The position numbers and the translations under genes were made by a program. Under the pieces are notes generated by a model. That model ran no database searches. It had not been told where the DNA came from and worked only from the letters and a program-made list of their open reading frames with translations. From positions 124,001 to 188,000 of the forward strand of contig CBFFRQ010000056.1 in NCBI GenBank assembly GCA_965644315.1: 64,000 nt of DNA, written 5' to 3'. Positions within the stretch are counted from its first letter, which is position 1, and every line of letters starts with the position of its first letter. The DNA is from Caecitellus pseudoparvulus. Taxonomy: Eukaryota > Protista > Bigyra: Bicosoecida. Shown here in pieces: positions 36,550 through 47,981 of this stretch.

Positions 36550-38372
36550 ATGGCAGGCGCTGAGCACGAGCTGCCCCAGTGGATTCAACGTCATGACGTG
36601 AAGCACCACGAAGTGCTAGCTAGTGGCGTTTCCATCGCCTGGACACATTGGACGAATGGAGCCGGCGTGCCGGCGGAGGCAGGCTCCACTTTGCGAGCCA
36701 CCTGCCGGGTGCTGGGCGAGGGGGGGAACTCCCTGTATCCACAAGCAGGGGTAACAAGCGACACTGAACAGTGTTCATTATCTTTGCCGTCTCTGCCTTC
36801 AGGTAGGCAGTGCTGTGCTTGTGTGTCTCTCGAAACGCCACCGAAACGCAACTATATCTTCGCAGACCTGCAAGCTGCACTCACGAAGCTGCACGAAGGA
36901 GATGGAGCTTGCATCTTTGTTCCATCCATGCCTGCGGGATTGCCTGACTGTTTGGGGGGTGCTGAGCCTGCTGTGCAAGCCATGGCTGGCCAGCCTGGTT
37001 GCCTCATGGTGCACGTGTCCAAAGTCACGACAGGAGCATCTGCGGATTCGCTCGAGGAGCGAAATGCTGTGAAGGTGAGGGCTTAGCAACTGCCTTCCCC
37101 TCTGTCGCGCTCCTGCACCGTGCATTGCGCTGCCCTGCTCAGTTCCGAGGAGCCTCTGGCTCGCGCATGGCTGGCAATGAGGACTTGCAAGCTGGGAAGT
37201 TTGAGGATGCGGAGTCACAGTACAAGAACGCACTGGAGGCCCTGAAGATGACGTTCCCCCCACAAGACACCCAGCCCCGCCTCAGCATCGCTACGGATGC
37301 TCTGACTGTCGCAGTCCATGCAAACCTCGCCCTGCTGGCCAGCAAGCGCCAGCGCCCCGGTGATGTGGTGCAGCATGCGTCTCAGGCACTGAAGCTGCAG
37401 CCACGACACACCAAAGCACTGTACCGCCGTGCCAGAGCATACTTGGCGCTGAACGACCTGGACAAGGCCCAGGCTGATGCCAAGGCATTGGTGCAATTGC
37501 AAGTGGCGGAGGCCGAAGCGCCCACAGGCATGTCCCCTGCCGCTGTGGCAGAAGCCGCCGCGCCATCGGGTATCACTTCCTCGGTGGCAGGGCTTGTGAG
37601 GGACATCACGGCGGCGCGGGTGGCGTCGTCGGCTGCTGCGAAGGACATGGCAGGCAAGATGTTCGGTGGGGGGCCGCGGCAGCGCAAAGGCAAGAAGGCG
37701 GGTTTGGGCAGTCTGTACGAAGACATGCACGACTACGGCGACAAGACGAACCGAGGCCTGAAACACCCGGGTGTGGCACGCTGTAAGCGGCGGTGGGAGG
37801 TGCCAGAGGACCCGCGCGACCCCACTGTGCAGTGCAGCCGGGCGGGGGACGGAGTGCGGCTGATGGTGGGCGGTCCCTCGCCGGCCGACGTCCAGTGCTC
37901 CTTCACAATTTGCTGCCGCAGCTGCTGCAGTGCCCTGACGCTGGACTGCATGGACTGCTGTGTGGAGTGCTCCGATGACTGCGGCTACCAGCCCAGCCTC
38001 ATGCGGTGCATCAGGCGCTCGGACGAGTCCCTGTCTGCTTGGTGCGCGAGCTTCAGCGGCTGGTACCCCTCCTTCGCCTTCACAGTGGACAGGATCCTCT
38101 GTGGCCCCTTGGCGCTCGTGTGGCAGGGGTACATCTGGTCATTGGACAAGGTTGGCGAGTACTTTACCAACCCAGCCCTGCTTCGTGAACTGCACCGTGC
38201 CGGGCAGGAACAACAGGCACAGGAGCAGGAAGCGGCGGCGCCAACACAGGTTCGGCGTGGGGTCCGAGACACAGGAAGCGACGACGAGGATAGTGATGTT
38301 GCGAGCGATGAGGGGGCGCCTGTGGTGGAGGCTGGGGAGGGCGGGGACTACGACCTCTCTCCACAAAGCTGA
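36550..38372 (+). CDS. Degenerate FKBP-like domain + TPR repeats + Cys-rich C-terminal region; introns 36803-36865 (probable) and 37075-37142
   Basis: LQAALTKLHEGD...IFVP (FKBP-like). TPRs GNEDLQAGKFEDAESQYKNAL, HANLALL, ALKLQPRHTKALYRRARAYLAL. KDMAGKMF helix. Confidence 0.75.
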
Positions 38373-38593
38373 GGTACTGTGGTGCAATGCACGCAGAGTC
38401 TCCTGTGGAACAAAACCAGGCCAGCGTGAAAGTGAAATCCGAGCATTTTTCAGCTTGCACGAGCAAGTGCCCTGGGCACGAAGCCGCTCTCTGTGCGTTT
38501 GCTTCCCTGGGCAGAGTGAACCGACGGCGTTTCAAGCTCTGCTGCACGGCACGCACCACTCCGACCGCCGCCTGTCTCCTATACCGACCAGCC

Positions 38594-39295
38594 ATGGCAT
38601 ACATCCCCCAGGCAAAAATAGACTTGTTCTCTGTGGACGACGTCTTTGGCAAGCGCCTCAAGTACTTGTCCGAGAGCGAGGTGTTTGAGGAGGAGCCCAC
38701 TCGGGCGGCAATGGCAGCAGCCCACACGTTTCTGCTCCAGACTGGAGCTAGGGACGACGGGGGGTTGAAGCCAGCCACCGTGGATCTCATTGGACATGAG
38801 TGGAAGGTGACTCCCTCCAGTGGAGTCTTGCGCAGCCGCCAAGTGTCCACGCCTGGCAGCACACATGCGCAAGCAGTGGAAACGCAGGGACCGTCGCTCG
38901 GCGCAGGGCAGCTTGGCAGCAAGTTCATCCGCTCCACCTTCGTTGTGCAGCCAGGCGACTCAGCTGCAGACGTGGAGCGTGCGTTCTTCCACGGCCTCTC
39001 CTCAAGCAAAGTGCCCAAGCCTGCAAGGTGGCCGGCGCCCAACCCGGCAGCAGTTGCTGCAGCACAGGCTGCCCACGCTGCAGCGACGGCGGGGAGAGTG
39101 CCGGATGCAAGCCGTGCAAAGCCTGCACACCACCACAGTCTCAGCGGAACTGACAAATCCGGAGCTGCCAGGTCACAGAGCACGCCTGCATCGGCTGATG
39201 CGCCCCACGCTTGGCCAGTGGATGCTCAAATGCTGGGTCACACCCCGGCGCACCTGCGCAGGGAGGCTGGGAGGGTGGCGCCCCACACGCAATGA
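38594..39295 (+). CDS. Hypothetical protein (~233 aa)
   Basis: GCCATGG start context; protein-like MAYIPQAKIDLFSVDDVFGKRLKY...DLIGHEWKVTP. No family recognised. Confidence 0.6.
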   Translation: MAYIPQAKIDLFSVDDVFGKRLKYLSESEVFEEEPTRAAMAAAHTFLLQTGARDDGGLKPATVDLIGHEWKVTPSSGVLRSRQVSTPGSTHAQAVETQGPSLGAGQLGSKFIRSTFVVQPGDSAADVERAFFHGLSSSKVPKPARWPAPNPAAVAAAQAAHAAATAGRVPDASRAKPAHHHSLSGTDKSGAARSQSTPASADAPHAWPVDAQMLGHTPAHLRREAGRVAPHTQ

Positions 39296-39829
39296 GGTCC
39301 CTTCGAGCTCATCAAGCACGTGCAGGGGATAGCAAGAGGCCGAGAAAGTCTAGTTTGCGTGAAAGTGGCCCTGGATGCCCTCCCGCCGCTCTTTCTGAAG
39401 TCAGGAGTGTGAGCGCCGGCCTGCGGTTCAGGCCTGGAACTTCACCATGGCGCAGCTGGGGGGTGCCGGCACCGGTTTCGCCTTGCAGCGTGGGGGGAAA
39501 TTCATTTTTCAGGCGCGTGGATGTGCTCGCCCTTCTGATTACCCTTTCTTTCACATGCTCACTGCAGGCGGCTGCTGTGTGTGTGCTGGGCGAAATCGTG
39601 CCTGGGGTGAAACTTCACACAGGCTTCGCGAGCTGTGGATCCCGGGGCGTGCGCAAGTCGCTCCGTGTTGCCCACAGGCGAACTAGATCTGTAAGTGGTG
39701 CGCTGAGTGAGGGATGCTTGCTGCACCGCTGCAGGGCATGCGCTCTAGGCGAAGTTGCAGAGCAGTGTGTGCCACAGCGACACTTGCACTGCCAATTCCG
39801 CAGGCCAGCTTCTGACACCCCTGCACGGC

Positions 39830-42800
39830 ATGAGTTGGAGCCAGCAGCCCACTGGGCGCGGTCCCTCAGAAGTGCATATCTCTCCAGCAGTGGGAGGCAC
39901 GCCCCAGCGCACGTTGGACTTCTACCGCTCCAGTGGGGCGCGCGGCGTCAGCTCGCCAGCGAGGCGTGGTGGCCGAGTAAATGTGCCAGCTGCAAGGCGG
40001 GGCGGCACACGCCAGTCGATGCTTGTGCGGTCTAACACTGCTCGCACAGCGTCTGGCGCGTACCAGCCAGTGCCACGCACGCAAGAGGACGAGGCAGAGC
40101 CCTCCCCTGTGCCTGGCGGCGTGCAGCCATCCTCTCCCCCGCAACCACCCTCGCCCGGGGACAGCCATCCGGTGCCGTCCCCCCGCCAGGGCGACGGACA
40201 CGCTCACACTGTGCACACGCCCGCCCCTGCGCCCCTTCCCTCCGCTTCTCCCGTCTCTGGCTCGCAGCTCACAGCCCAGCGGGCGCGGCTGCGGCATGTG
40301 TCGCCGCCAAGCACCCGGCCGGCCATTGGCATTACGGCCTCTGCATTGGAGGCTCAGCGGGCCAAACTCAGAGGCTCAGGGCGTGTCCAAACCCAGCGCC
40401 AGGTGGCACAAAGCCCTCCTGCGCCAGTGCAGGCCTCTGAGCAGCCGCGGACACCACCCACCCCCGCCCAGCAGACGGCAGCCGTTCGTCAGGCGCTGCA
40501 GGAAGGTGGCGGCGTGGCGCCCTTGGGCCGTGCAGCTGACTACCACCATCTGTATGCGGCGGCTGCGCCTGCGCGCCTAGAGCGAGGTGGAGCTGGATCG
40601 GAGTCCCACGCGTGGCCGGGCCAGGGCGGGCGGACGACATATGCCGGGTTGACTTCCTCCACTTCACGGCCGCACCCTCACGCTCTGCCGTGGGAGGTCA
40701 CAGACCGAGCAGCGCCCACCGCATCCCCCGGTGCATCACCCCAGCCCAGGCCCCAGACTGCTGCCCCTGCGCATCGCGTCAGGAGTGCAGGGCTCGCCAC
40801 TGCGCGGAGTGACTTTGGTGGGGCACACTTCTCGCACCAAGTGGATCACCCGCACTTCTCCCAGCTGGCTGGTCCGCGGTACTTCGACCAGGACCGCCCA
40901 GGCCAGCGCCAGGGTGCACCTGCGCCTGGGCAGTCGCCTCCGCGGCAGCAGACACAGGCCAGCCGGTCACCCCACCGCAGGTCTCCCGCGAGACAGGGCA
41001 GCCACATGCCGCCAAACGCACGCAATGAACTGGCGGAGGTGCTGCGTGGTGCGCCGCTTGCATCCCCTGCTGAAGAAGACGTCGCATCCCAGGGCATCAC
41101 GAGCTCGGCCGCCGTGGCACTGCTGGGAGCCGTACAAGACCTGGCCACCCGCGCCCGCAGTGTGCTGGGGTCGGAGTTGCTATTCGGGTCCTTGCTGGGA
41201 GTGGTGGGGGCAGCTGACCCCATCTCCGCCGCCTCCACCAACCGCAAGATGAACCTGTTCCCGTCCCACGCCCACCAGGGCTCAGAGGACATGCAGGCGC
41301 GCTTCGCGGGGGTGGCTTCCCGGTGGGCTGGCGAGGCGGATGCCACCCTGGAAGTCTCCCGCGCGCTTGTCCCCACTCTGCAGGACCTGGTGCATGTGGC
41401 CAAGGCCGACCCCAGCTCCGGCGTCCGCCCCAACGAGGTCATCGGCGTCTCGCGGTGCTTCATGCGCCACGTGCTGTCCTTGCTGCGGTGTGCGCCTGTG
41501 CAGTTGGACGCTGCGATCGGACCTGCTGCACAGGTAGCTGGACAGCTGCGACACACACCCCGCACAGCGGAGGCCGTATCTGCTGCATTGGTGGCGGGCG
41601 CGTCTGAAGAGGCGGCACACTTGGTGGGCCAGCTGCACAGCGTGGCAGCGCCTCCTCTGGGGTATGACGTGCTGCCACAAGTGCGTGAGGAGTTCCTGGA
41701 CCTCATGGACCTCGCCGTGCAGTACTTCCAAGCGCACCATGCTGCCGCAGCAGTGACGTCAGACGCCCCCTCGAAGTCCGCCAAGGCGGGCGGTGTGCAC
41801 CGACACCTGCCAGGGGGCGCTGCAGCCCTGCCCATTGGCACACCCCCTGCCACACTGTCCAGCAGCCAGACAGTGGACAGTCGCACACTGGCAGGCATGC
41901 GGGGGCAGGGGCCTGCCACAGGCACCTCGTTTGGCTCCCCCTCCTGGTCTCCCGCCCATCCAGACATGGCCGCCCGATTCGCCAGCACCTCTGGCCTCCT
42001 GCAGCCCACAGTGCACCATGGGCCTGGCTCAGAGTTGGCGAGTGCCTCCCGCTCCACGGTGGAGTGGGACGGCAGGCACACGGGGCGATCAGTGCAGCAC
42101 TCAGGGCACAGCCACAGCCCCGCCGCAGACCATGCCAGCATGGACCACATTCCGGCTGGGCAGCTCGTGGAGCAGCTGGCTCGGCAGAGTGACGCCGACG
42201 ACCTCCAGCGCCGCCTGCTGGCCAGGCAGAGCATCCAGCGAGCCCATCGGGACGCGGCAGCCGGCGAAGGCTCCCCTTCCCACCCCATGTCTGCGGCGGA
42301 GGCGGAGGCTGTGGCTGTACACGGCGCCACTCCAGCCTCCTCCATCGCACAGCGCATTTCCTCTAGTGCAGCGCACGTTCGATCTCAAGGCGGAACACGT
42401 GGAAAGACATCCGGGCGACCCCATGGAACACGTGCAGAGTACCTCGCCTCTCGCGAGGCCGCCCTGTCAGCCACCCTGCGCGGCATTCGGGAGTCACAAG
42501 GACTCACGGCCGCGCAGGCACTGGAGGCTGAGCGCCGCACAAACGAGCAGGTGCTGGAGGAGGCATACCTAGCAGACCGGCGCAGTGCAGAGCAAGCCAC
42601 CCAACGCACGCAGGCCAGCAAGGCGCTGCAAGGCACATGGCGGCCTGGGGCCGCCTCACCCGCCCCTACGAGTGACCGCGCCTCGAAAACTTGGCAGTCC
42701 CCAAGCACAGTTCCCCACCAGGCTTCCTCGCCAGGCACCCAGCGTGGCGTTGTGACGTGGGGCGGGGAGGCGGCCTTTCGACGAGGGGGCGGGCGCGTTG

Positions 42801-45010
42801 AGCAGATGCCGCCTCCCTCCCCGCCCCCCAGTCGGCCCATTTCCTACCAGAGCCCTCATCACATAGAAGGCAACGCGTACACTGACCAAGACGACCTGGC
42901 GGGGAGTGTTGGCCACTTGAGCCTGGCTGAGCGGCGCCGGCGCCTGGCACAAGCTGCTGCATCCGAGGAGGCACACCTGGCGGCAGAAAGGCAGAGTCGG
43001 GAGAGCAGAGCCCGCACATCACCCGCGCATCACGCGTCGGCGCCCTCCCCTGGAGCGTGGAGCAGGGGATCTGGCACGGCACGCTCGGGGGCGCTGGTGC
43101 CAGCTGGCAGCACAGCATCCCTGCGGCAGGGGGGGGGCTCCTTGCTGATGGCGGGGGGCTCCAGCGCCATCGTCGCAGACGACACACACATCTTCACCTC
43201 AGACTCCGCATACCACTCTGTGGTGGACAAGGAGGCGGGGAAGGAGGGTGAGGCTGGCTTGGCTGCAACCACCATCCTCGGCCCAGGCCACCGCGCAGCG
43301 GTGCTGCACCCCCTGGGAGCCCACGACGCAGACCTAGTGCACAGTGTGGATGTCCTGCAGCCTGAGCGCCAGGCAGCCACCGACGCGGCCATCGTGGCAG
43401 CTGCAGATGCGGCGGGCGCGGTGGCTGGTCACCGCGTGGCCCGCTCTGTGGAGGGCGTGTGGCGACACCTGGACCACTTGGGCGAATATCTATCCGCCAA
43501 ACGGGCAGAGCAAGACTCGCGCTATGGTCCCGATGACACGGACTACACGCAGGGGTTGGTGCCGCTGCAGGACGAGCCACCTGCTCCAGCCTATGGCCAG
43601 CCTGTCCGGGAGGTGGGCACAGTGCAGCGTGGCCCGCGCAGCTCGCCTGTGGGTGGGCCCACCAGTGGGCGCACCTCCCAGTCGCCAGACACATCGCCCT
43701 TGTACACTCGTGGCGCCACTGGGGCGTCCTCTGGCGCAGTGCCGGAGCAGCTCTCCACGATGCGGTACAAGCCATTCCGCGTCGGCACTCTGTCCCGCGG
43801 CCCCTTCGTCTCCCTCGCCGCGACGGCAGAGGAGGGTGGGCCCATGGGCCAGTTCGCCGCAGACTTTGCCATCGGCCATGATCTGCTGGGCCTCCTGCCG
43901 CCCACCCTGACGTTCCCCTCGGTGCTGCCTCACGCCACCGCCGCCAGCGTTCTGCGTGGCGCCGCCAAGCGAGTCGAAGAGGAGGGCTTGGAGGACACAT
44001 GGGGCGGCAGCAGCAGCAGGCGTGATGGCCTGGTGGTGTGCGCCGCCACGCTGTCTTGCTCCACACAGCAAGGCGTAACGGAGGCGGCCGCGGGCATGGC
44101 AGGGCGCCTCTCCAACCAAGACTCAGTCCTCTTCACCTCACTGCAGAACGGTCTGAAGGTCGTGCTCCTGCCCCGCTCTGCGCCATCCGCCTGGCTGCAG
44201 CGCCTGCCCCCCCTCAAGGAAGCCTTGCTGGGGTACGACCAACTGCCCACCTCAGCCATGTTCGTGCTCCTGGTGGTGGCGGGGGTGGACACGGCCCACA
44301 AGGCGCTGCTGGAGCGCGCGGCATCTCCTGCCCCCGCCCCCACGCCGCCCATTCGCCAGAAAACCCCCAAGAAGCCCCTCAGCATCACTCCTAAGCAAGA
44401 GCAGCGCAAGCTGTCGCCTTCCCAGGTCAGCTCAGGGCGCTCGATTGCCGCCTCAGTCGCAGGCGAGGCAGTGGCAGCTCCTGTAGCGCGTGCAAGCAGC
44501 CCAGCACCGAAAGCATCAGGCGCAAGCAACCCGCCACCCAAGGCATCAGGCGCCAGCAACCCGCCACCCAAGGCATCAGGCGCCAGCAACCCGCCACCCA
44601 AGGCATCAGGTGCAAGCAGCCCGCCACCCAAGGCATCAGGTGCAAGCAGCCCGCCACCCAAGGCATCAGGCGTTGCCCTTGCCCCTTCCTCTGACTCCCA
44701 GCCTAAACTGGGTGCCAAGCCACCTCGAGGGGCGACGCCAAAGCCAAGCCCCAAGCCCGGAGCGAAACCCGGTGCCAAGCCTGGTGCCAAGCCCAGCCCC
44801 AAGCCCGGTGCGAAGCCTGGGGCGACGAAGCCCGGGCCAGCCTCCAAGGCGAGCCCGAGCCCCGGAAAGGAAGGCAAGCCAGCCAAGACCCCAGTGAAGC
44901 CAGCCAGCCTGGCGCCTCGAGGGCTCATGGGCGCCCCTAGGCCACGACCGCGAGGTCCAGGCCCGCGGCCGCTGGGCCCACGAGGCCCGCGGCCTGGCGC
45001 CTCCAGCTAG
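39830..45010 (+). CDS. Large low-complexity (P/S/A-rich) protein (~1730 aa) with a possible SPOC-like domain and a P/K-rich repeat tail
   Basis: 5.2-kb stop-free ORF. Globular segment ~43760-44290 (RVGTL...LPPTLTF...VVCAATL...LKVVLLP...MFVLLV). The 5' end is uncertain. Confidence 0.75.
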   Translation: MSWSQQPTGRGPSEVHISPAVGGTPQRTLDFYRSSGARGVSSPARRGGRVNVPAARRGGTRQSMLVRSNTARTASGAYQPVPRTQEDEAEPSPVPGGVQPSSPPQPPSPGDSHPVPSPRQGDGHAHTVHTPAPAPLPSASPVSGSQLTAQRARLRHVSPPSTRPAIGITASALEAQRAKLRGSGRVQTQRQVAQSPPAPVQASEQPRTPPTPAQQTAAVRQALQEGGGVAPLGRAADYHHLYAAAAPARLERGGAGSESHAWPGQGGRTTYAGLTSSTSRPHPHALPWEVTDRAAPTASPGASPQPRPQTAAPAHRVRSAGLATARSDFGGAHFSHQVDHPHFSQLAGPRYFDQDRPGQRQGAPAPGQSPPRQQTQASRSPHRRSPARQGSHMPPNARNELAEVLRGAPLASPAEEDVASQGITSSAAVALLGAVQDLATRARSVLGSELLFGSLLGVVGAADPISAASTNRKMNLFPSHAHQGSEDMQARFAGVASRWAGEADATLEVSRALVPTLQDLVHVAKADPSSGVRPNEVIGVSRCFMRHVLSLLRCAPVQLDAAIGPAAQVAGQLRHTPRTAEAVSAALVAGASEEAAHLVGQLHSVAAPPLGYDVLPQVREEFLDLMDLAVQYFQAHHAAAAVTSDAPSKSAKAGGVHRHLPGGAAALPIGTPPATLSSSQTVDSRTLAGMRGQGPATGTSFGSPSWSPAHPDMAARFASTSGLLQPTVHHGPGSELASASRSTVEWDGRHTGRSVQHSGHSHSPAADHASMDHIPAGQLVEQLARQSDADDLQRRLLARQSIQRAHRDAAAGEGSPSHPMSAAEAEAVAVHGATPASSIAQRISSSAAHVRSQGGTRGKTSGRPHGTRAEYLASREAALSATLRGIRESQGLTAAQALEAERRTNEQVLEEAYLADRRSAEQATQRTQASKALQGTWRPGAASPAPTSDRASKTWQSPSTVPHQASSPGTQRGVVTWGGEAAFRRGGGRVEQMPPPSPPPSRPISYQSPHHIEGNAYTDQDDLAGSVGHLSLAERRRRLAQAAASEEAHLAAERQSRESRARTSPAHHASAPSPGAWSRGSGTARSGALVPAGSTASLRQGGGSLLMAGGSSAIVADDTHIFTSDSAYHSVVDKEAGKEGEAGLAATTILGPGHRAAVLHPLGAHDADLVHSVDVLQPERQAATDAAIVAAADAAGAVAGHRVARSVEGVWRHLDHLGEYLSAKRAEQDSRYGPDDTDYTQGLVPLQDEPPAPAYGQPVREVGTVQRGPRSSPVGGPTSGRTSQSPDTSPLYTRGATGASSGAVPEQLSTMRYKPFRVGTLSRGPFVSLAATAEEGGPMGQFAADFAIGHDLLGLLPPTLTFPSVLPHATAASVLRGAAKRVEEEGLEDTWGGSSSRRDGLVVCAATLSCSTQQGVTEAAAGMAGRLSNQDSVLFTSLQNGLKVVLLPRSAPSAWLQRLPPLKEALLGYDQLPTSAMFVLLVVAGVDTAHKALLERAASPAPAPTPPIRQKTPKKPLSITPKQEQRKLSPSQVSSGRSIAASVAGEAVAAPVARASSPAPKASGASNPPPKASGASNPPPKASGASNPPPKASGASSPPPKASGASSPPPKASGVALAPSSDSQPKLGAKPPRGATPKPSPKPGAKPGAKPGAKPSPKPGAKPGATKPGPASKASPSPGKEGKPAKTPVKPASLAPRGLMGAPRPRPRGPGPRPLGPRGPRPGASS
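44510..44671 (+). repeat. Coding tandem repeat, 30-bp unit x ~5.4 (KASGASN/SPPP)
   Basis: AAGGCATCAGGYGCMAGCARCCCGCCACCC repeated with near identity. Confidence 0.95.
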
Positions 45011-45091
45011 GTCGCCCTGCCCCTCAGTGTGTGTCCCACGGGCCTCTGCAAGCGCGCTGCGTGTTTGGCTGCCAGCGAGCTGTGTGGCTCT

Positions 45092-46428
45092 TCAATCCAT
45101 TTCTGTGTGGGCCTGCGCGGCAGCCACGGCGGCAGCCAGGCCATCGTCGTCGCCCCTTGCCCCCACGAAGGTAGGCGTCACGCCCGCATGGGCATCCAAC
45201 AGTGCCTGCACGGCAGGGTCCACCGTGCCAGCAGCCACGTCAGACGCCAGCTGCACGATGTCGGTGGGCAAGCTGTGCACCTGCATGGCGCTAGGCCGCA
45301 CACCAGGGTTGGACACCAAGCGCACCAGGGCGCCAGAGGGCAGCTGGACTTGACTGGTGCCGGGCGGTGCAGGAGGGGGGGTGCTGTCCCCCGCCCCACC
45401 CCCATCAGTCCCCGCCTGCACCACCAGCGCCATCGCGTCAATGTCCTCCCACGAGAAGAGCAGGGGCAGTGTGGCACCGCCCAGGGGCGCAAAGTCCACG
45501 ATCCATACCCGCTCTGCGCGGTCAATGTACACGTCCAAGGCGTCTGTGAGGGGTGGAGCGGGGGCATGAGGGGGGGGGAGAGTGTGTCGAGGGCATTGAC
45601 CGCGCAACGCACAGTCGTTCAGAGGCGCGTGCTCCGCCACCACGCCCTCCCACCAGTCCACCAGCTTGCTGCCATAGTGGCTGCCCTTGCCTGCCAGATG
45701 TTCGAACTTCGTGTCCACGTGGCGCTGACACACCGCCACCACCTCGTTCCCGGCGACGAACATGCGCCACTCCTGGCTGCGGTGCAGCGAGCTCCAGCTG
45801 CGCAGGGCCAGGGTCATGCTGGCTCGCTGAGCCTCGCTGGGGGGCTCTGGGCACGCCTCGTACCTGCGGCAGGGGAATGGGGGAAGGTGCCTTTGCGTCG
45901 TGTGACCTAGTGCGGCAGCGCAGGCACGCACGCCTTGTGCATGTCGAAGGCAACCATGTCGGAACACTTGAGCAGCATGAACACCTCCCCCGGCGTCGTG
46001 CACTGCAGGGTGCCCGATGCCCACACGGCGTCCTGCACTGAGGACCAGGACGTCTTCACGAAGGCGCCTCGAGGCATGGTGTCCAGGGCAGCTTGGATGC
46101 TGCGCTCCAGGGCGGGGAAGGAAACGGCCCTGTCGGGAGGGGCCTCGCTGGCGCCACTGCTGCTGCCGCCTGCACCTTCCTCGGAGCTCGTGCTGCTGCG
46201 AGGCGAGCTCACTGCAGCTCGAGGGTCGCCTTCGGCACAGGGCCCGATGGGCGTGGGCAGCACAATGCCATCTGCATCCAAGTACTTCAAGAATTCTGCA
46301 TCCAGTTCAAGCAACACGGTGCGGATGGTGTGCTTCTTGAAGGTCGGGTACCAGGACTGGATCGCACATGCTGTCACGTCAGCTGCCGCGACGGGGCGCA
46401 GTGGCTCCTGGGCCTCCTCGGCAGCCAT
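45092..46428 (-). CDS. CDC123: Cell division cycle protein 123 (eIF2 assembly factor, ATP-grasp); exons 46428-45932, 45863-45613, 45543-45092
   Basis: CAIQSWYPTFK, FLKYLDADG, FVKTSWSS.QDA.W, LLKCSD, LALRSW, EWRMFV, CQRH, DVYI...WIVDFAP, LLFSWE. Confidence 0.93.
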
Positions 46429-46691
46429 CAATTTCCGCAGACTGCTCCCGTGCTTTGCGGCTGCAGTGTGGGTGCTACGTGGCTCCAACCAGCGTAAAAA
46501 GCGCCCTCTACTCGTGCATTTCACGGGAACTGCGTGCGTTCCATTCAAATTTGCTGTGGTCTCCACGCTGCCTGTGCGTCGCGGCTGGTGCGAGCAAGCA
46601 CGTTCTCGGCAGTCTGGCTCGGCGTCCAGCTGCCGCGTACGGGGCAGCGGCGCCCCGGGTCGCACTTAGCTGCTCGCAGCACAACTGCTCC

Positions 46692-47808
46692 TCAGGCAAG
46701 AAAGTCCCGCACGAGGCCAATGAACTCCATGGGCGCCTCGGCGTGCACCCAGTGACCGGCGTGCGGGATGACCGCGTGCTTGACGTCTGGGAACAGGCGC
46801 TCAATCTCTGCATGGTGCTCTGGGGCAATGTACGAGCTCTTGCCACCAGCGATGAAGAGGGCAGGGGGTCCTTCCGTGCCGCGGGGGTAGTCTGCTCTCG
46901 AGGGAAGAACGGGCGGCGCGTGCGTACGAGCTCAAAGCGCGTGCAGGCTGCAACGCAGCGTCGCACTGACCTGGGAACTGTGCCAGCAGCGGCAGGCTCT
47001 CCAAGATGACTGGCCCATTCACACGCCAGGCGTAGCCACCTTCGGGTCGAGGCAGCAGGTTCTGCATGATCAGCGCTGTCTTGTCCTTGCCCTGCGTGCA
47101 GGAGGAGGTGCTTGGAGTTGAGCGTCGCAGCAACACCATCCTGCAGCGCAGTGACGCACCAAGCCTTTGTCTGCCAGCGCTGCCGAGCAGTCTGCTCGGT
47201 TCTGGAAGCCAGATGGGTCGATGCTGGCGACAATCTCGCACACCTGCACCACTTCGCTCCACTGGGGAGAGGCGGTGCTGTAGTTTGCAGGGGCAATGTC
47301 TGCAACGACAAGCTTCTCCACGAGATGGGGGTGTTCCAGCGCAAGCACCATGGCCACCTTGCCACCCAGAGAGTGCCCCACGACATGCACAGGGCCTTGG
47401 CCCAGTTGCTTCTCCAGTGTCAGCGCCACGTCTGACGCGAGGGACTGTATGGTCATGGGCTCTGACGTGTTGGGCGAGGAGCCGTGGTTGCGCAGGCTCA
47501 TGGTGCAGGTCTGCCGGGCGGGCCAGACGGCCGGGTTCTTGGAGAGGGAATTGAAGTTCGTGGCCGAACCCATGAGGCCGTGCAGGAATAGCAGCGGTGT
47601 TCTGCGGATTGCAGCGGCGGCGCAGCAGTGCTTGCGAGCTGGCGCTGCAGCATTCTCCGCACGACGCAGCGCACTTGTTCGAGTCAGAGCTGTTGCGGTA
47701 GCAGGACAGCTCGACACCACTGTACTGCCGCGTAGAAGTACAAGCACGCGTGCCAGTGCCAAGAGCCCTGGCCCGCTGGGCGCTGCACCGCACGGCAGAG
47801 GCAAGCAT
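46692..47808 (-). CDS. ABHD11: ABHD11/YbfF-like alpha/beta hydrolase with mitochondrial-type presequence; exons 47808-47675, 47601-47160, 47091-46971, 46891-46692
   Basis: LFLHGLMGSATNF, LRNHGSSP, GHSLGGK, VVADIAP, WRVN, LFIAGGKS.YI, AGHWVHAE.P. Confidence 0.9.
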
Positions 47809-47981
47809 GGCAGCCGTGTGAAACTCTCCCGAAACACCGCGTCGGCTCAAGGGCCCCCTGCGCCAACATGCCACTGGGTGGGTCAACGTATAGATTCAAG
47901 GTTTTGAATTGTGAATCCATTTCACGCTGCGGCAGCAAGACTGCTGGCTTGCTGCGTCAGCGAGGGCCTGCCTCGACCACG

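Noticed and set aside
39340-39700. RNase P/MRP RNA suggested by GAGAAAGTCTAG...CTAGATCT pairing
   Set aside because: The bulge position and flanking conserved regions do not match P4/CR-I/CR-V convincingly; kept only as an unexplained inverted repeat.
44510-44671. CRISPR-like array
   Set aside because: Head-to-tail 30-bp coding repeat with no unique spacers and no cas genes, in a eukaryotic context.
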